Of a stretch of 64,000 nucleotides of DNA, positions 40,431 through 51,390 are shown one piece after another. The notes beneath the pieces are model-generated. The model ran no database searches. It had not been told where the DNA came from and was given only the letters and a program-made list of their open reading frames with translations. Numbering within the stretch: the first letter of the stretch is position 1; the number at the start of each line of letters is the position of its first letter. This DNA is from Obrimoposthia wandeli (Eukaryota). The position numbers were made by a program, and so were the translations under genes. The stretch is taken from positions 62,001-126,000 of the forward strand of contig CDROCS010003593.1 in the NCBI GenBank assembly GCA_977020255.1, read 5' to 3'.

Positions 40431-41678
40431 ATGACCGATCTATATATTTACCTCCTTAAATCGTCTGCAATTCTAGCCATATTCTATGGCGTCTATCACT
40501 TCTTTTTGCAAGATGAGAAATTCTACAAAGGAATTAGAGTTTATCTAGCTTCTTCCCTACTTCTGTCATTTGTATTGCCACTTGTAGAAATGAATTTTGC
40601 GGTTTCAGAAGCTGCTAATAATTCAAATATAGTTTTACTTCTAAACGCTATTAATCTGAGTGCAGAAGGCAATCAAACAACTAGCTTATTGGAAAACATA
40701 TCATTAACTCAAATATTTGTAGGCTTATACATCTTTATTTGTTTCACTTTAACGATCAGATCAATTATTCGGATAAGTAAAACTCAAAAGATTATCAACA
40801 ATAACCCATCTGATGAATTTGAAGGACAAAAGCTTATAAAAGTTGACGAAAGCACACCTAATTTCTCTTTTCTAGGAAAAATTGTAATTAGTGATAAAGA
40901 TTATAATACAGAATCATTTAGAAATATTATAGCACACGAAAAAATACATGTAGAACAAAAGCATTGGATCGATCTGCTTTTGGTAGAGTTAACAACAATT
41001 TTATTGTGGTTTAACCCTTTTGCATGGCTTTTTGAAAGAGCTATAAAACAAACGCATGAATTGTTGGCTGATGAAGGAGTTATTGCGCAAGGCTGCAACA
41101 TTGGACAATATCAGGCGAGTATTTTAAACCAAATAATGGGAGTTGAAGTGATGGGTTTAGCCAATAACTTTAATTACTCTATTACTAAAAAACGAATGAT
41201 AATGATGACGAAAACCAATACATCAAAAAGCAGAAAATTTAGACTTCTGTTTATAATTCCAGCAATTGCGATTGCATTGACACTGAATTTGAAATGTACA
41301 CCAAAAATTAATTACAGTAAAAATAGTAAGACAATCCAAAAGGTCGAATCAAGTAATAGTGATCAAATCTTCGTAATTGTAGAAGACATGCCAGAATTCC
41401 CAGGAGGAGACCTTGCTCTTCAGACTTGGATTGCTGAAAATGTAAAATATCCGGAAATTGCTCAAAAAAACAAGAAAGAAGGGCGAGTATATGTAGGTTT
41501 TATTGTTAACCAAAAAGGTGGCGTTGAAGGCATCAAAATTATGAAAGGTGCTTCAGCATCACTCGATGCTGAAGCTATGCGAGTAATTGGCGAAATGCCT
41601 ACTTGGAAACCAGGGAAACAGAGAGGTCAATTTGTTAAGGTATCCTACACAGTACCAATTAATTTTTCTTTACAATAG
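40431..41678 (+). CDS. M56 (BlaR1-like) metallopeptidase fused to a TonB C-terminal domain
   Basis: HEKIH zinc motif, WFNPFAW, HELLAD, KRMIMM, then DMPEFPGG...YP...GRVYVGF...VPINF. Confidence 0.92.
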   Translation: MTDLYIYLLKSSAILAIFYGVYHFFLQDEKFYKGIRVYLASSLLLSFVLPLVEMNFAVSEAANNSNIVLLLNAINLSAEGNQTTSLLENISLTQIFVGLYIFICFTLTIRSIIRISKTQKIINNNPSDEFEGQKLIKVDESTPNFSFLGKIVISDKDYNTESFRNIIAHEKIHVEQKHWIDLLLVELTTILLWFNPFAWLFERAIKQTHELLADEGVIAQGCNIGQYQASILNQIMGVEVMGLANNFNYSITKKRMIMMTKTNTSKSRKFRLLFIIPAIAIALTLNLKCTPKINYSKNSKTIQKVESSNSDQIFVIVEDMPEFPGGDLALQTWIAENVKYPEIAQKNKKEGRVYVGFIVNQKGGVEGIKIMKGASASLDAEAMRVIGEMPTWKPGKQRGQFVKVSYTVPINFSLQ

Positions 41679-41828
41679 ATTTTATAATTACATCCTAAAT
41701 ATCAGCGCTACCAATTACTTTAAATCATTTCTTTTAGTTGACTTGGACTAATACTGCTTAATCGTTTAATAAAACGTAAAATAAATTTATGAATTTCCTT
41801 TAAATCCGCCATTTTCACTAAAAACAAA

Positions 41829-42643
41829 ATGATAATGATGAATAAAAATAACAAATCTAGGGTTCAAAAATTCAGCTTTCTATATATGTTTCCAGCTATA
41901 ACAGCTTTACTCGCTCTTAATTTACAAGTTGTAAATGTTGCACAAGCTCAAACCAACGAAGTTGTAGCTATTACCAAAAAATCTGAAAAAGTTAAAATTG
42001 AAGGGACACTTCTCAACAACGACAACAAACCTGTAGTAAACTACAATGTCATGCTTTGGGATATGACTTTGCAAAAAGCAAGGGAGAATAATGAAAATAG
42101 AATAACGATCAAAGTTATCAAAACAGATTCTGAAGGGAAATTCTCTACTCCAATTGCAAAAAACACAATTGTTAAAATATTTAATGGTAAAGAAGAAGTT
42201 ATTACTCGCAACGTTGATGACTTTATTCTTAATGGCAAAAAGCAAGGAGACACTTATTGCCTAACTCTTAAATCCCAAGAACATCTAGAATCTGGAAAAA
42301 AAAGGAATAAAGCTAAACGCTTATCTAATAAAAAAGGTGTCTATGTAATTGTTGATGATATGCCTGAATTTCAGGAGATGAAGCTCTTCAAACATGGATA
42401 GCTAAAAATATAAAGTATCCTGAAGATGCTCATAAAAAGAATATTGAAGGGCGAGTATATGTAGGTTTTGTAATTAACAAAAAAGGTGGTGTTGAAGATA
42501 TCAAACTCATGAGAGGTGTTGAAGCATCACTGATGCCAGCTAACCGTGAGCACCCGTACTATGCCAATGTGGACACCTGGAAACAAAGCGGAAAAGTAGT
42601 AAGTGTACAATACACAGTACCTATCAACTTTGCTTTAAAATAA
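41829..42643 (+). CDS. Second TonB C-terminal domain protein, a 5'-truncated paralogue (frameshifted in this sequence)
   Basis: Starts MIMMNK, like the post-M56 part of the upstream gene. The TonB_C domain continues past 42401 in a shifted frame (LQTWIAKNIKYP...YTVPINFALK*). Confidence 0.72.
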
Positions 42644-42663
42644 ACAATATTTTAGTATGTAAT

Positions 42664-42698
42664 AAAAAGCCTCAGATAACGGTTCTGAGAGCTTTTTT
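42664..42698. terminator. Terminator between convergent genes
   Basis: aaaaagc.tcaga / tctga.agcttttt. Confidence 0.75.
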
Positions 42699-42700
42699 GT

Positions 42701-44219
42701 TTATTTATTTTTTCTTGCCTTTTCAATAATTACATCTTGTACCGGACGTTTCTCAATTTTTGAATCCAACCACGATATTAAATCAAGATAAAGAAAAGCT
42801 CGCTTCTCAAAAGGATCATTTACCCATTGCACCAAGTCACTTCTCGATTTAATAAATTCCTCTTTCAACTGATCTGGACTAATGCCGCTTAATCGTCTAA
42901 TAAATCGTATAATATATTTCTGAACCTCCTGTAAATCTTCCATTTTCACTAAGAAACGATAGGTCGATCTAATTTGATAATCCAAATGATCGGTATGTTC
43001 CAATTCATAATGGCTGATCAGATTCAGAATACGTGCGAAACAATGGATATCTGCCCTTAGAGACGTATCTTTTTGCTCAATAATTCTATTCAGGAATTTT
43101 ATGGCTTCACGGTACTCTCCACACCCGAAATAAAGACAAGCTATTTTGTAGTAGAAAACTAAATTTCGATGCTTATCTAAACTGTATTTATTAGCTTCAA
43201 TGAAACTCTCAATTTCAGGAACAATAGCAGTACCTTCCTTAAACTGCCCTTCCATAAAATACTGGTTTATTTGGTGCATATAAGAAAACTGTTGTTGCAA
43301 AATTGAAAGGTTAGTGTTCGCTTTTACATGCTCCTCGTTTTCTAGGCTCATAAGAAGTTTCAAGCTCTTCTTAAACTTGCTAAGATGATTGGTATAGAAT
43401 AAGGCTACCAATACGTTATTAAGAGCTTTAAGGTACAAATCACACTGACTTGTAATCAAATCAGGATTCATCTGAAATAAGTCGACCCACTTTTGCGCGT
43501 ACTTATAACACATCAGGAAATCTTGAATAATCAAATTATACCAAACATAAGACTGATAGAGATACAGCTTTTCGTAGAAACTCAATTTCGTCATATCTAC
43601 CGAACGAATACTAAAGATCACTAACCATCATAGCATTTTATCGTTTCCTGAGCATACCCAACCTTAAGGAAGCAAACGAATCGAATATATTTGCAGGCTT
43701 CCCATTTCTTGATTAAGTACAACAGACTCCGAAGTAATCTCATCAGCCCTAGTCTCAATACTCTTAGTCACATACTGAGATTCTATGAGTTTTTCAAACT
43801 CAACAATTTCGAGATGGAGCAATTTCCTCTCATATTTCTCAGCTAGAACCTTACTCTTTTCCAACATTCGTAAACTTTGTTGGTACAAGCCTTTGTTGTA
43901 TAATACTTTTGCATGATCAATCTGCTCTCGAATACTTATCGAGATATCATGATTTACCTGAGTCAAACGCAAACTTGTTAAAAGTTGCTTATAAAGGTGA
44001 GCCTTTAAGTTAGGAAGTTGAGATAGCTTGATATCCTTTGCTCGTTTAAGTATGAGTTCTTCCTTGTAAATATCCATTTTATCGATAGAATCGAAAACTT
44101 GAATAAATTCTACTCTTCCCGCTTCCTATTCGATTAGCGTAAAGTTTAAAATTCCTCTTTTCCGACTTGGTCATCGATTTGATTAGCTGAAATAAGGGTT
44201 CTATTTGATGCTTAGACAT
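42701..44219 (-). CDS. Helical/TPR-like hypothetical protein (two apparent frameshifts)
   Basis: Start MSKHQIEPLFQLIKSMTKSEKRNFKLY at 44219; joins ORFs 43664-44077 and 42701-43621 via shifts near 44115 and 43640. Confidence 0.7.
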
Positions 44220-44376
44220 AGTTGTTTTTTATCCGTATCTAACTAATAAACAAGTTATTTATCGCACAGACGAACTTTGAACTTCGGAAATAACTCATAA
44301 AAGTGATTTTCCAGAGCTTAAGCTATGTGCTACATTCATGTCGTTTTTCAAATCAACATAGTAAGCAACATAGGAT

Positions 44377-44697
44377 ATGCATTCAAATGTAATAAAATTC
44401 GGCAAACCTGTTTTAACAAATGAGATTGAATCTAATTCAATCAACTTAAGTCAAAAGCAATCTCTTAATAAAATGATACTAGATAAACTCTCTGTTATTT
44501 TAGGTCAGGATGTAAATAAGGGGTTGAAAATGATTGAGCAATTAATCAGCAAAGAAGAAATGCTTGCTTTTAAATCTGAGCTTGAAACTAAAACCACATT
44601 AAAACATCAAGTCGCTTATCAATCTATAAGTAATAATGGACGCCTTAATAATCTAAAGTCTTGTTTCGAGGGACTTTCGGCAGATAGCATTTTGTAG
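44377..44697 (+). CDS. Hypothetical protein (106 aa)
   Basis: Fills the gap divergent from the 44219 start; protein-like composition; no recognised family. Confidence 0.45.
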   Translation: MHSNVIKFGKPVLTNEIESNSINLSQKQSLNKMILDKLSVILGQDVNKGLKMIEQLISKEEMLAFKSELETKTTLKHQVAYQSISNNGRLNNLKSCFEGLSADSIL

Positions 44698-44963
44698 AAT
44701 TTAAAATATCAATAAATCTATTTTTCAAGCTTATAGCTTTAAACAATGCAAAAGGTCGATACAAAGCTATAAGAATTTGAAAAGTCGGTTTAACGGTGCC
44801 TAGGTAATCTAAGTAGTTTACCCTCTGCTTAGGGCGTCTAACTATTAACCAAATCTGAGGAATACTAAGCTGTGAGGATAGTGAATTAATTGCTTCGTAG
44901 GGTCAATTAGATATAATTGTGAATCATCCCTTCTGTTAGAATTAGTAGTTTATTTCTGAAGCA

Positions 44964-45647
44964 TTATTTATTTATCTGACCACTTAGATTCTTCAAGATT
45001 AATTTATTCCTTTTCGTTATTCTCCTTCTATCAGAATAAACCATAAGTGAAAAAATTAATAATCCATAAAGCACAGTAACCAATATGGGTATCGTGACCG
45101 AATTGTTAAGGTCCCAAATTAACCACAAAATAAAAATAGTGATTTCAATTAATATTGAAGTCACTATTAATTTATCCCAAGATTTAGAATCATAATATGA
45201 ATTCAATACTGGACAATTCATATCTATCATCTTAATCAAGTTATTTTTAAAGCTTGCCCAATCATTATCTTCCTTGATTTTCTTATAAAGAGTAAATCTA
45301 ATTTTCCTAGAATCTTTCAAACCTACTACAATAGATTCGATTGTATCAATCTTATTTTGGTCAATTCTATACCATTTCACAAGATCCCAAGGAATACGAT
45401 CATGATTTATAAACCCAAAACCCTCATCATCTATTATTGAATAGATTGAAGTAACTCGAACTGATTTCCTAAAAACTAGAAATACAAAACCAAATGTTAA
45501 TAAGGATAAGCTTATGGAAACTAAAGAGGGAACTCCTAATAAAATAAAAATTGGTAGAATAAATATTGGAGTTAAATAGATCCCAAGCTTTGTTAGAAAA
45601 TAAGATCTGGAATTAACACTCGAAAATTTGTATTTTTCCATAGTCAC
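44964..45647 (-). CDS. Hypothetical membrane protein (4 TM around a soluble domain)
   Basis: Two TM pairs; directly downstream of the TBDR gene. Confidence 0.6.
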   Translation of the reverse strand: MTMEKYKFSSVNSRSYFLTKLGIYLTPIFILPIFILLGVPSLVSISLSLLTFGFVFLVFRKSVRVTSIYSIIDDEGFGFINHDRIPWDLVKWYRIDQNKIDTIESIVVGLKDSRKIRFTLYKKIKEDNDWASFKNNLIKMIDMNCPVLNSYYDSKSWDKLIVTSILIEITIFILWLIWDLNNSVTIPILVTVLYGLLIFSLMVYSDRRRITKRNKLILKNLSGQINK

Positions 45648-45677
45648 AAAAATACAAATTATTACTTATGACAAACA

Positions 45678-48161
45678 TCAAAATCCGACTTTCAAAAATA
45701 GCCTTACTGAGAAAGGTGTTGTCTTCTCATTGATATTTAATATTTCTTCTTGTCCAAGTGTTAGAATTTCTGAATCAAAATAGTTGATATTTTCTTTATC
45801 AAACACATTAAGAAACATCAAACCAAATTCAGTTTTAATTTTCGTCGGCTTCATTTTATAAATAATGGAAGCATCTAATCGACTATAACTGGGTTCTGAG
45901 ACAATCTCATTTTGAAATGAGTTATAAGTTGGAAATCCTGATCCCCACATATAATTGGCAGAACAATAAAAACGACCAAGATTAACTAAACCAGCAATTT
46001 TCAACTCGTGAGTTTGATCATGAAGAGCTCTTTGAAAAGTATTAACTTGTCCATACTCAAACTTCTCCTCAGTCCTTCCAAGCGTATAGGCTAGCCAAAA
46101 GGCATGTTTATTAAGCGTTTTTTTTACGAATAAGTCTAGTCCGTAAGTCTGACTCTTACCAACAGTTATACCTTCAGTTATTATATTTCTAAAATAGCGT
46201 GTATGCCCTTTGGTGTATTTGTGATAAGTCTCAAGAGATATCGTATAATCTTCTTTATGCAGAGTCGCACCAAAAACAAAATGTTGAGAATTTAAAACGG
46301 GTATCGTCTTTTCATCAGAACCTACCCAAAAATCACGTTTATGATCCTCATTATCCCATATTATACTACGACTTATAAATTGTTGATAGATACCCCATCC
46401 CGAATTCACCGACAATGATGGCGATATTTTATAACTCAATGAAAGACGAGGATCAGCATAGAATTTCTTGATTAAAGTTGGATAATTTAGGTTAATCCCA
46501 ATTTTAGCTGACAAATTTTCAGTGATAGAAATCTTATTTTGTAAGAACCCACTTAACCTTCCCATATCAGCATCGTAATCCATTAAACTTACACCAAGTG
46601 TATCTTCAGAATATTTAATTTGATTATATAAATAAGTTAGCCCAGCTTGAAAGAACATTCTTTTTGACAAATTGAAGCCATGTTTAAGACCAGCTTTGTA
46701 TTCAACAATCTTCGTGTCTCGTTCATCTTTACTGCGGACTTCTGTGCTTTTATTTCTTATTCTATATACATCAACTAAATTAATGACAGATGAATTTAAT
46801 CCGGAGGTAGTCATAAAAAATTCACTTTGTCCTCCTTTACGCCACTGCTTGTTATAAATAATTGATACGCCATACTGGTCAGTATCTTCACTCTTACTCT
46901 TGCGAATTTGATTAAATCTTCCTGCAGAAAAATTATAATCATATTCATTGGCACCTTTTAATAGACTCACATTTAAAGAATTCCCCTCATCTCCAGAATA
47001 GGAATATTTCAGATTCATATCTTTAAATTTGTAATTAGGGGTCAAAACAATATTAGAAATATTCTGCGCCCCATTATTAGAGTTAGTAACACTCGTTGAT
47101 ACCGATTCATTCTCATAAAGGTTATAATAGGTTTGCCTATATGCAGCAATTAACGAAGATTTTTTAGACAAAGGCAATTCTAATGAGGCATTAGCAGTAA
47201 CATTGCTCAATACTAAATTAAAGGCAGGCTTATTCTTATTTCCATTTTTCCCTATAATATTTACAAAACCTCCTACTCTACCATCATACCGAGAATCATA
47301 ACCGCCTTTTTCAACATTAATATATTTTGCCATAAGCGGATTAATATCCCCTATATTCTGAAAGGAGTTTTTTAGTCCCCAGAGTGTGATTTTGTCAAAT
47401 AAAACTTGAGTTTCTCCATCATAAGACCCCCAAATAATCACACGGTCGGATTGTTCATTTGAGGCGGCGATACCTGGCTGCATTCGCAAAAGCTCAAAAA
47501 CCGAATTATCTCCATTCCCTGGCAAGAAGTTTACTATTTTATGGTTCAAACTAACGCTACCTACTTCATTTCCTAGTTTAATAAAATTCTGAACCATTCT
47601 GTCTGACACGATAACTTCTGGTAAATCTGACTGAGCAGGATGAAGATAAAGTTTATGATTTTCACTAGGATTTAGCACAGTATCTAAAACAAAATAACCT
47701 AAGTGTGAGGCTTGCAGGTGCAGATCATCATCCTCATCAGAGGTATATGAAAAGCCACCACTCATATCACTAACTTGTGGCATATCATTAATCGCTAAAT
47801 GAGAATAAGGCAAACTTTCTTTCGTCTCCAAATCGTAAAGATTACCTCTTAAATAATATTTCTTTTTTCTATTGTGTGGATAAATAAGAAAAACCCCATC
47901 TGTATATTGATATTTAAATGAGGTGTTTTTTAATAAGAATTTTATCGCTTCTTCTACCTTGGGGAAAGTTCTTTCGGTAGTTATAATGAAGCTTGAAAGT
48001 AGCTGATCATTAAAAGAAAATTGCACACCATACCTATCTCTTAAATCAATTAGAACATGATTTAAGCTTTGTTGTTTCGCATTAACTTTTATTTCTTGAG
48101 AATATGAAACTAGCTTTATTGCGAAAACTAATGCAAGTAGAATTACAATTTTTAATTTCAC
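45678..48161 (-). CDS. TonB-dependent receptor/transducer with N-terminal STN-like domain
   Basis: Signal peptide, STN-like segment, carboxypeptidase-like domain, LPEVIV, plug LRMQPGI...EKGGYDSRYDGRVGG, terminal KVGF. Confidence 0.88.
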   Translation of the reverse strand: MKLKIVILLALVFAIKLVSYSQEIKVNAKQQSLNHVLIDLRDRYGVQFSFNDQLLSSFIITTERTFPKVEEAIKFLLKNTSFKYQYTDGVFLIYPHNRKKKYYLRGNLYDLETKESLPYSHLAINDMPQVSDMSGGFSYTSDEDDDLHLQASHLGYFVLDTVLNPSENHKLYLHPAQSDLPEVIVSDRMVQNFIKLGNEVGSVSLNHKIVNFLPGNGDNSVFELLRMQPGIAASNEQSDRVIIWGSYDGETQVLFDKITLWGLKNSFQNIGDINPLMAKYINVEKGGYDSRYDGRVGGFVNIIGKNGNKNKPAFNLVLSNVTANASLELPLSKKSSLIAAYRQTYYNLYENESVSTSVTNSNNGAQNISNIVLTPNYKFKDMNLKYSYSGDEGNSLNVSLLKGANEYDYNFSAGRFNQIRKSKSEDTDQYGVSIIYNKQWRKGGQSEFFMTTSGLNSSVINLVDVYRIRNKSTEVRSKDERDTKIVEYKAGLKHGFNLSKRMFFQAGLTYLYNQIKYSEDTLGVSLMDYDADMGRLSGFLQNKISITENLSAKIGINLNYPTLIKKFYADPRLSLSYKISPSLSVNSGWGIYQQFISRSIIWDNEDHKRDFWVGSDEKTIPVLNSQHFVFGATLHKEDYTISLETYHKYTKGHTRYFRNIITEGITVGKSQTYGLDLFVKKTLNKHAFWLAYTLGRTEEKFEYGQVNTFQRALHDQTHELKIAGLVNLGRFYCSANYMWGSGFPTYNSFQNEIVSEPSYSRLDASIIYKMKPTKIKTEFGLMFLNVFDKENINYFDSEILTLGQEEILNINEKTTPFSVRLFLKVGF

Positions 48162-49030
48162 TTAGTGTTTTTTGAACAAACAATATATTTCTTCGATGAA
48201 ACTTTTGAATATTCAAGTCCTAGTGGTAAACAAACTAGGTTCAATACTTCATCAACCGAATTACCTTTCTTGAAGTTACCGGTATAAAGAATTTTATGCA
48301 AATCTTTCTTTTCAATTCTAATATTATATTGCAACTCAATTTCCTCAAACACATGTCTAATTGGTGTAGCTGTAAAAAAGAATATATGACTACGCCACAT
48401 CGTTTTATCCTTAGTATTTATTCCTGATTTCAGCTCAATTATTCCATTTCTATTAATCGAAGCAAAATCTTTAGGAAATAAGACCACTTCATCCTGAGTC
48501 ACTTTAGAAACAACTTTAACCTTTCCAGTAAAACAGGTCACGTTATATGTATTCTTTCTAGTATTAATATTAAAACTTGTACCTAGTATACTCGTTGAGC
48601 CAGAACGAGAAACAATATCGAAACGATTCCCTTTACTTATATTAAAAAATGCTTCCCCTTCGAATTTCACTTCGCGAGTAAATCGCCACCAATAAGGGTG
48701 GTAAGTCAGATTTGAGTTTGCATTAAGCTCAACACGACTTTGATCTGGCAAAAACACAGCCAAATGTTCTCCTTTAGGACAATATACGCTCTCTGTGTAA
48801 AATCTCATGAATGCCGTACTTGCAATTACTAGCAATACACTTGCAGCAATAGAATACATCAACCAATTAGGCTTGAGTTTCTTTATAGGTTTTGGAGTAT
48901 CTTCAAGCTCAGAAAACATCTCACTCCAAATCTCATCTTTCGATTTAGAAAAAGGCGATTCAATCTCAGGTAAGGAATTAAGAAATTCCGTATCAGAATA
49001 TTGATCCATATTTTTTAAGTCAAGACTCAT
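48158..49030 (-). CDS. FecR family anti-sigma factor
   Basis: Single TM; LPDQSRVELNANS, GEAFF, ILGTSFN, TGKVKV. Confidence 0.92.
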   Translation of the reverse strand: MSLDLKNMDQYSDTEFLNSLPEIESPFSKSKDEIWSEMFSELEDTPKPIKKLKPNWLMYSIAASVLLVIASTAFMRFYTESVYCPKGEHLAVFLPDQSRVELNANSNLTYHPYWWRFTREVKFEGEAFFNISKGNRFDIVSRSGSTSILGTSFNINTRKNTYNVTCFTGKVKVVSKVTQDEVVLFPKDFASINRNGIIELKSGINTKDKTMWRSHIFFFTATPIRHVFEEIELQYNIRIEKKDLHKILYTGNFKKGNSVDEVLNLVCLPLGLEYSKVSSKKYIVCSKNTK

Positions 49031-49048
49031 TAGATTTCTATCGGTTGA

Positions 49049-49549
49049 TTAATTAAAAATAGTTTCGTTCTTCAATGCTTTTTTCAGAAATTGAAGTGCA
49101 TGCTTCATTCGTTTTTCAACTGCTTTTACAGATAAGTTTAATCGTTCGGCAATTTCAGAATATTTATACCCTTCATTTCTACTCATTAAAAAAACCACTC
49201 TTTGCTTTTCAGATAACTGAGTTAAAGCCAGCTCATATCTACAATTTAACTCCTTGTATTCCAAAATTTCTTCTGGCGATTCCGTTTCATCATATTGTTT
49301 GGTATTAGCAATATAGTTTTGAGCGACACTATCTTTCCGGTATTTGGATATAAACAGATCATGTGCAATTTTATAAAGTAAAGCTTTTACTGGAGGATCC
49401 TTAAAGCTGTCTCGCTTTTCCCACACTCTCATAAAACACTCCTGTGCAATATCAGTCGCTAACTCAGTATTCCCCGATCGGAAATACACATAGTTGCGAA
49501 TAGCATCGAAATACGTATCAAAAAGATATTTAAAATGTTCTTTATCCAA
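49049..49549 (-). CDS. ECF RNA polymerase sigma-70 factor
   Basis: ATDIAQECFMRVW, LSEKQRVVFLMSR, YSEIAERLNLSVKAVEKRM. Confidence 0.93.
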   Translation of the reverse strand: MDKEHFKYLFDTYFDAIRNYVYFRSGNTELATDIAQECFMRVWEKRDSFKDPPVKALLYKIAHDLFISKYRKDSVAQNYIANTKQYDETESPEEILEYKELNCRYELALTQLSEKQRVVFLMSRNEGYKYSEIAERLNLSVKAVEKRMKHALQFLKKALKNETIFN

Positions 49550-49626
49550 GACTGTGTGAATAAATGGTTCCCTTAAATTTAATCTATTTTTTAGATAAAG
49601 AACTGAAATCTAGTGATTATATAGAT

Positions 49627-49666
49627 ATGGAATAGTAATCAGCAAATTTGCTGACCGCTATTCCAT
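49627..49666. terminator. Hairpin between the lipoprotein and ECF genes
   Basis: atggaatag...tcagca/tgctga...ctattccat. Confidence 0.6.
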
Positions 49667-49680
49667 CTCTCACCTAAAAC

Positions 49681-50598
49681 TTATTTGCAACATCCGTGTC
49701 TATGATATCCAAGAGTAATTTCTTCGTCACCATCAGCTGTCGTCTTTATAGCTTTATCGTCACATGTTCCTTCTCCAAAATCTACTCTGGCAAATTCTTC
49801 TCCATTCTGAGAATAAACCACAATACCACTTACTATATATTTACATGTACCCAATCGTACAAGAAAATCATCAATCCCTTTTTTAAATTCATTATTCTCT
49901 GAATCTACAAAAACATCTTGTCCTGTGATGTAAATTATATCATCAGCTCTATCATAGCTCGTATCTAATCCTTCAACCCATTCCTTGGTTTTGTTACCTA
50001 CACAAGACACTTCAGTTTCATCAGCAAATGTGAAATTCAAATCATACTCGTGTTCAAATTTTCTAGAAACACCAGCTTCACCAGAAAATACAACTTTCTT
50101 ATAACCTGCTATACCAATTGAATCAACTTTAAAATTTTGATACGTAAATTCTCTCATAGCACCATCAGTTCTTGGAGGTGCAGAAACTACAATTATAACA
50201 ATCCCACTTATAATTCTACCATTTCTTAAAGTAATACCATCACCATAATCAATTGTAATCGTTTTAGGAAAGCCATCATTATCACCATCAACAACAGTCA
50301 CTTCTGGGCCCATATCATCTTTATAACAACGCCATCTTCTATAAAGTTCGCCTAAGTTTCTCAGGCGGTAACCATAAGCACCAGCTTTTACAGTACTTTC
50401 TTCCAATGAAAACATATCACTTTCGTAATCGGCTTCAGTCATAACATTCGCTATAGCAACTTCTGTATCAACAACAGAAGCAACATCTGTTATACTCAAA
50501 TCGCTTTCATCGATTAATTTCACATTATCATCAGATTTGTCACATGCTGTGAATATAAATCCGATTCCAATTAATAGAATAAATAATAACTTTTTCAT
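49681..50598 (-). CDS. Hypothetical lipoprotein
   Basis: Lipobox FTAC followed by acidic residues; C-terminal DFGEGTCDD. Confidence 0.8.
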   Translation of the reverse strand: MKKLLFILLIGIGFIFTACDKSDDNVKLIDESDLSITDVASVVDTEVAIANVMTEADYESDMFSLEESTVKAGAYGYRLRNLGELYRRWRCYKDDMGPEVTVVDGDNDGFPKTITIDYGDGITLRNGRIISGIVIIVVSAPPRTDGAMREFTYQNFKVDSIGIAGYKKVVFSGEAGVSRKFEHEYDLNFTFADETEVSCVGNKTKEWVEGLDTSYDRADDIIYITGQDVFVDSENNEFKKGIDDFLVRLGTCKYIVSGIVVYSQNGEEFARVDFGEGTCDDKAIKTTADGDEEITLGYHRHGCCK

Positions 50599-50910
50599 AA
50601 TTATAGATTTTATGTGTTAAACTAATTTCAGAACTGAAGGACGACTCAATATCCCTCTCATACATCTATACCGTACAAAACATCTTTTACCCTCCCTTTT
50701 TATTTAAAAAAAATACAAACAAGTAATCGACAACAAACTAGACACCCTTTATTCATAAGCATTACAGAACGATCATCACGCTTATTTACACCTTCATCAA
50801 CAGAAATTAGCTATTCATATAAAACCGATATTTCTTGGGTTACTTTTTCGCTCTTTAAGGAATTAAGTAGATGACAGGGATAGTTTCATGTTGATTAAAA
50901 AGAAGGATAA

Positions 50911-51093
50911 GTGAGAGAAAGGAAGTTAAGGAAAGCACAATTTTATTCAATATTGGGTTTCAGTATTATTGCATTAGGTATACTACTACAGGTTTATTCA
51001 AACATAAAAAACTGCGCACATTTATTACTAATATTAGGAACAAGCATTTGTTTTTTTGCATTGATTAAAGCCATTAAAAATTTCAGAAAATAG
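50911..51093 (+). CDS. Small 2-TM membrane protein
   Basis: Basic N-terminus and two hydrophobic helices; GTG start. Confidence 0.45.
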   Translation: MRERKLRKAQFYSILGFSIIALGILLQVYSNIKNCAHLLLILGTSICFFALIKAIKNFRK

Positions 51094-51390
51094 GTGATTA
51101 AATGTATTTAGCCAAGATTGAATCTTGTATATCGGTATTCATTCTTGGTTAAATAATTGAGCTCAATTCATCAATTAGCAGATCGAATTAAAAACAGCTA
51201 TTTAAAGAATATCTCTTCCCAAGCTTAATATTTCACTATCACAATCCGCATCTCCTTTATTATAAACCCTTTACTCATCTTGTCTAATCCAAGGAATTGA
51301 ATATCTTTGTTGATTGATCGAGATGCTCCGTAAATGAAGTTGACTAAGTTGAAAAACGGTAGGAGTCTCAAGCCTTATATAATTTGATTT

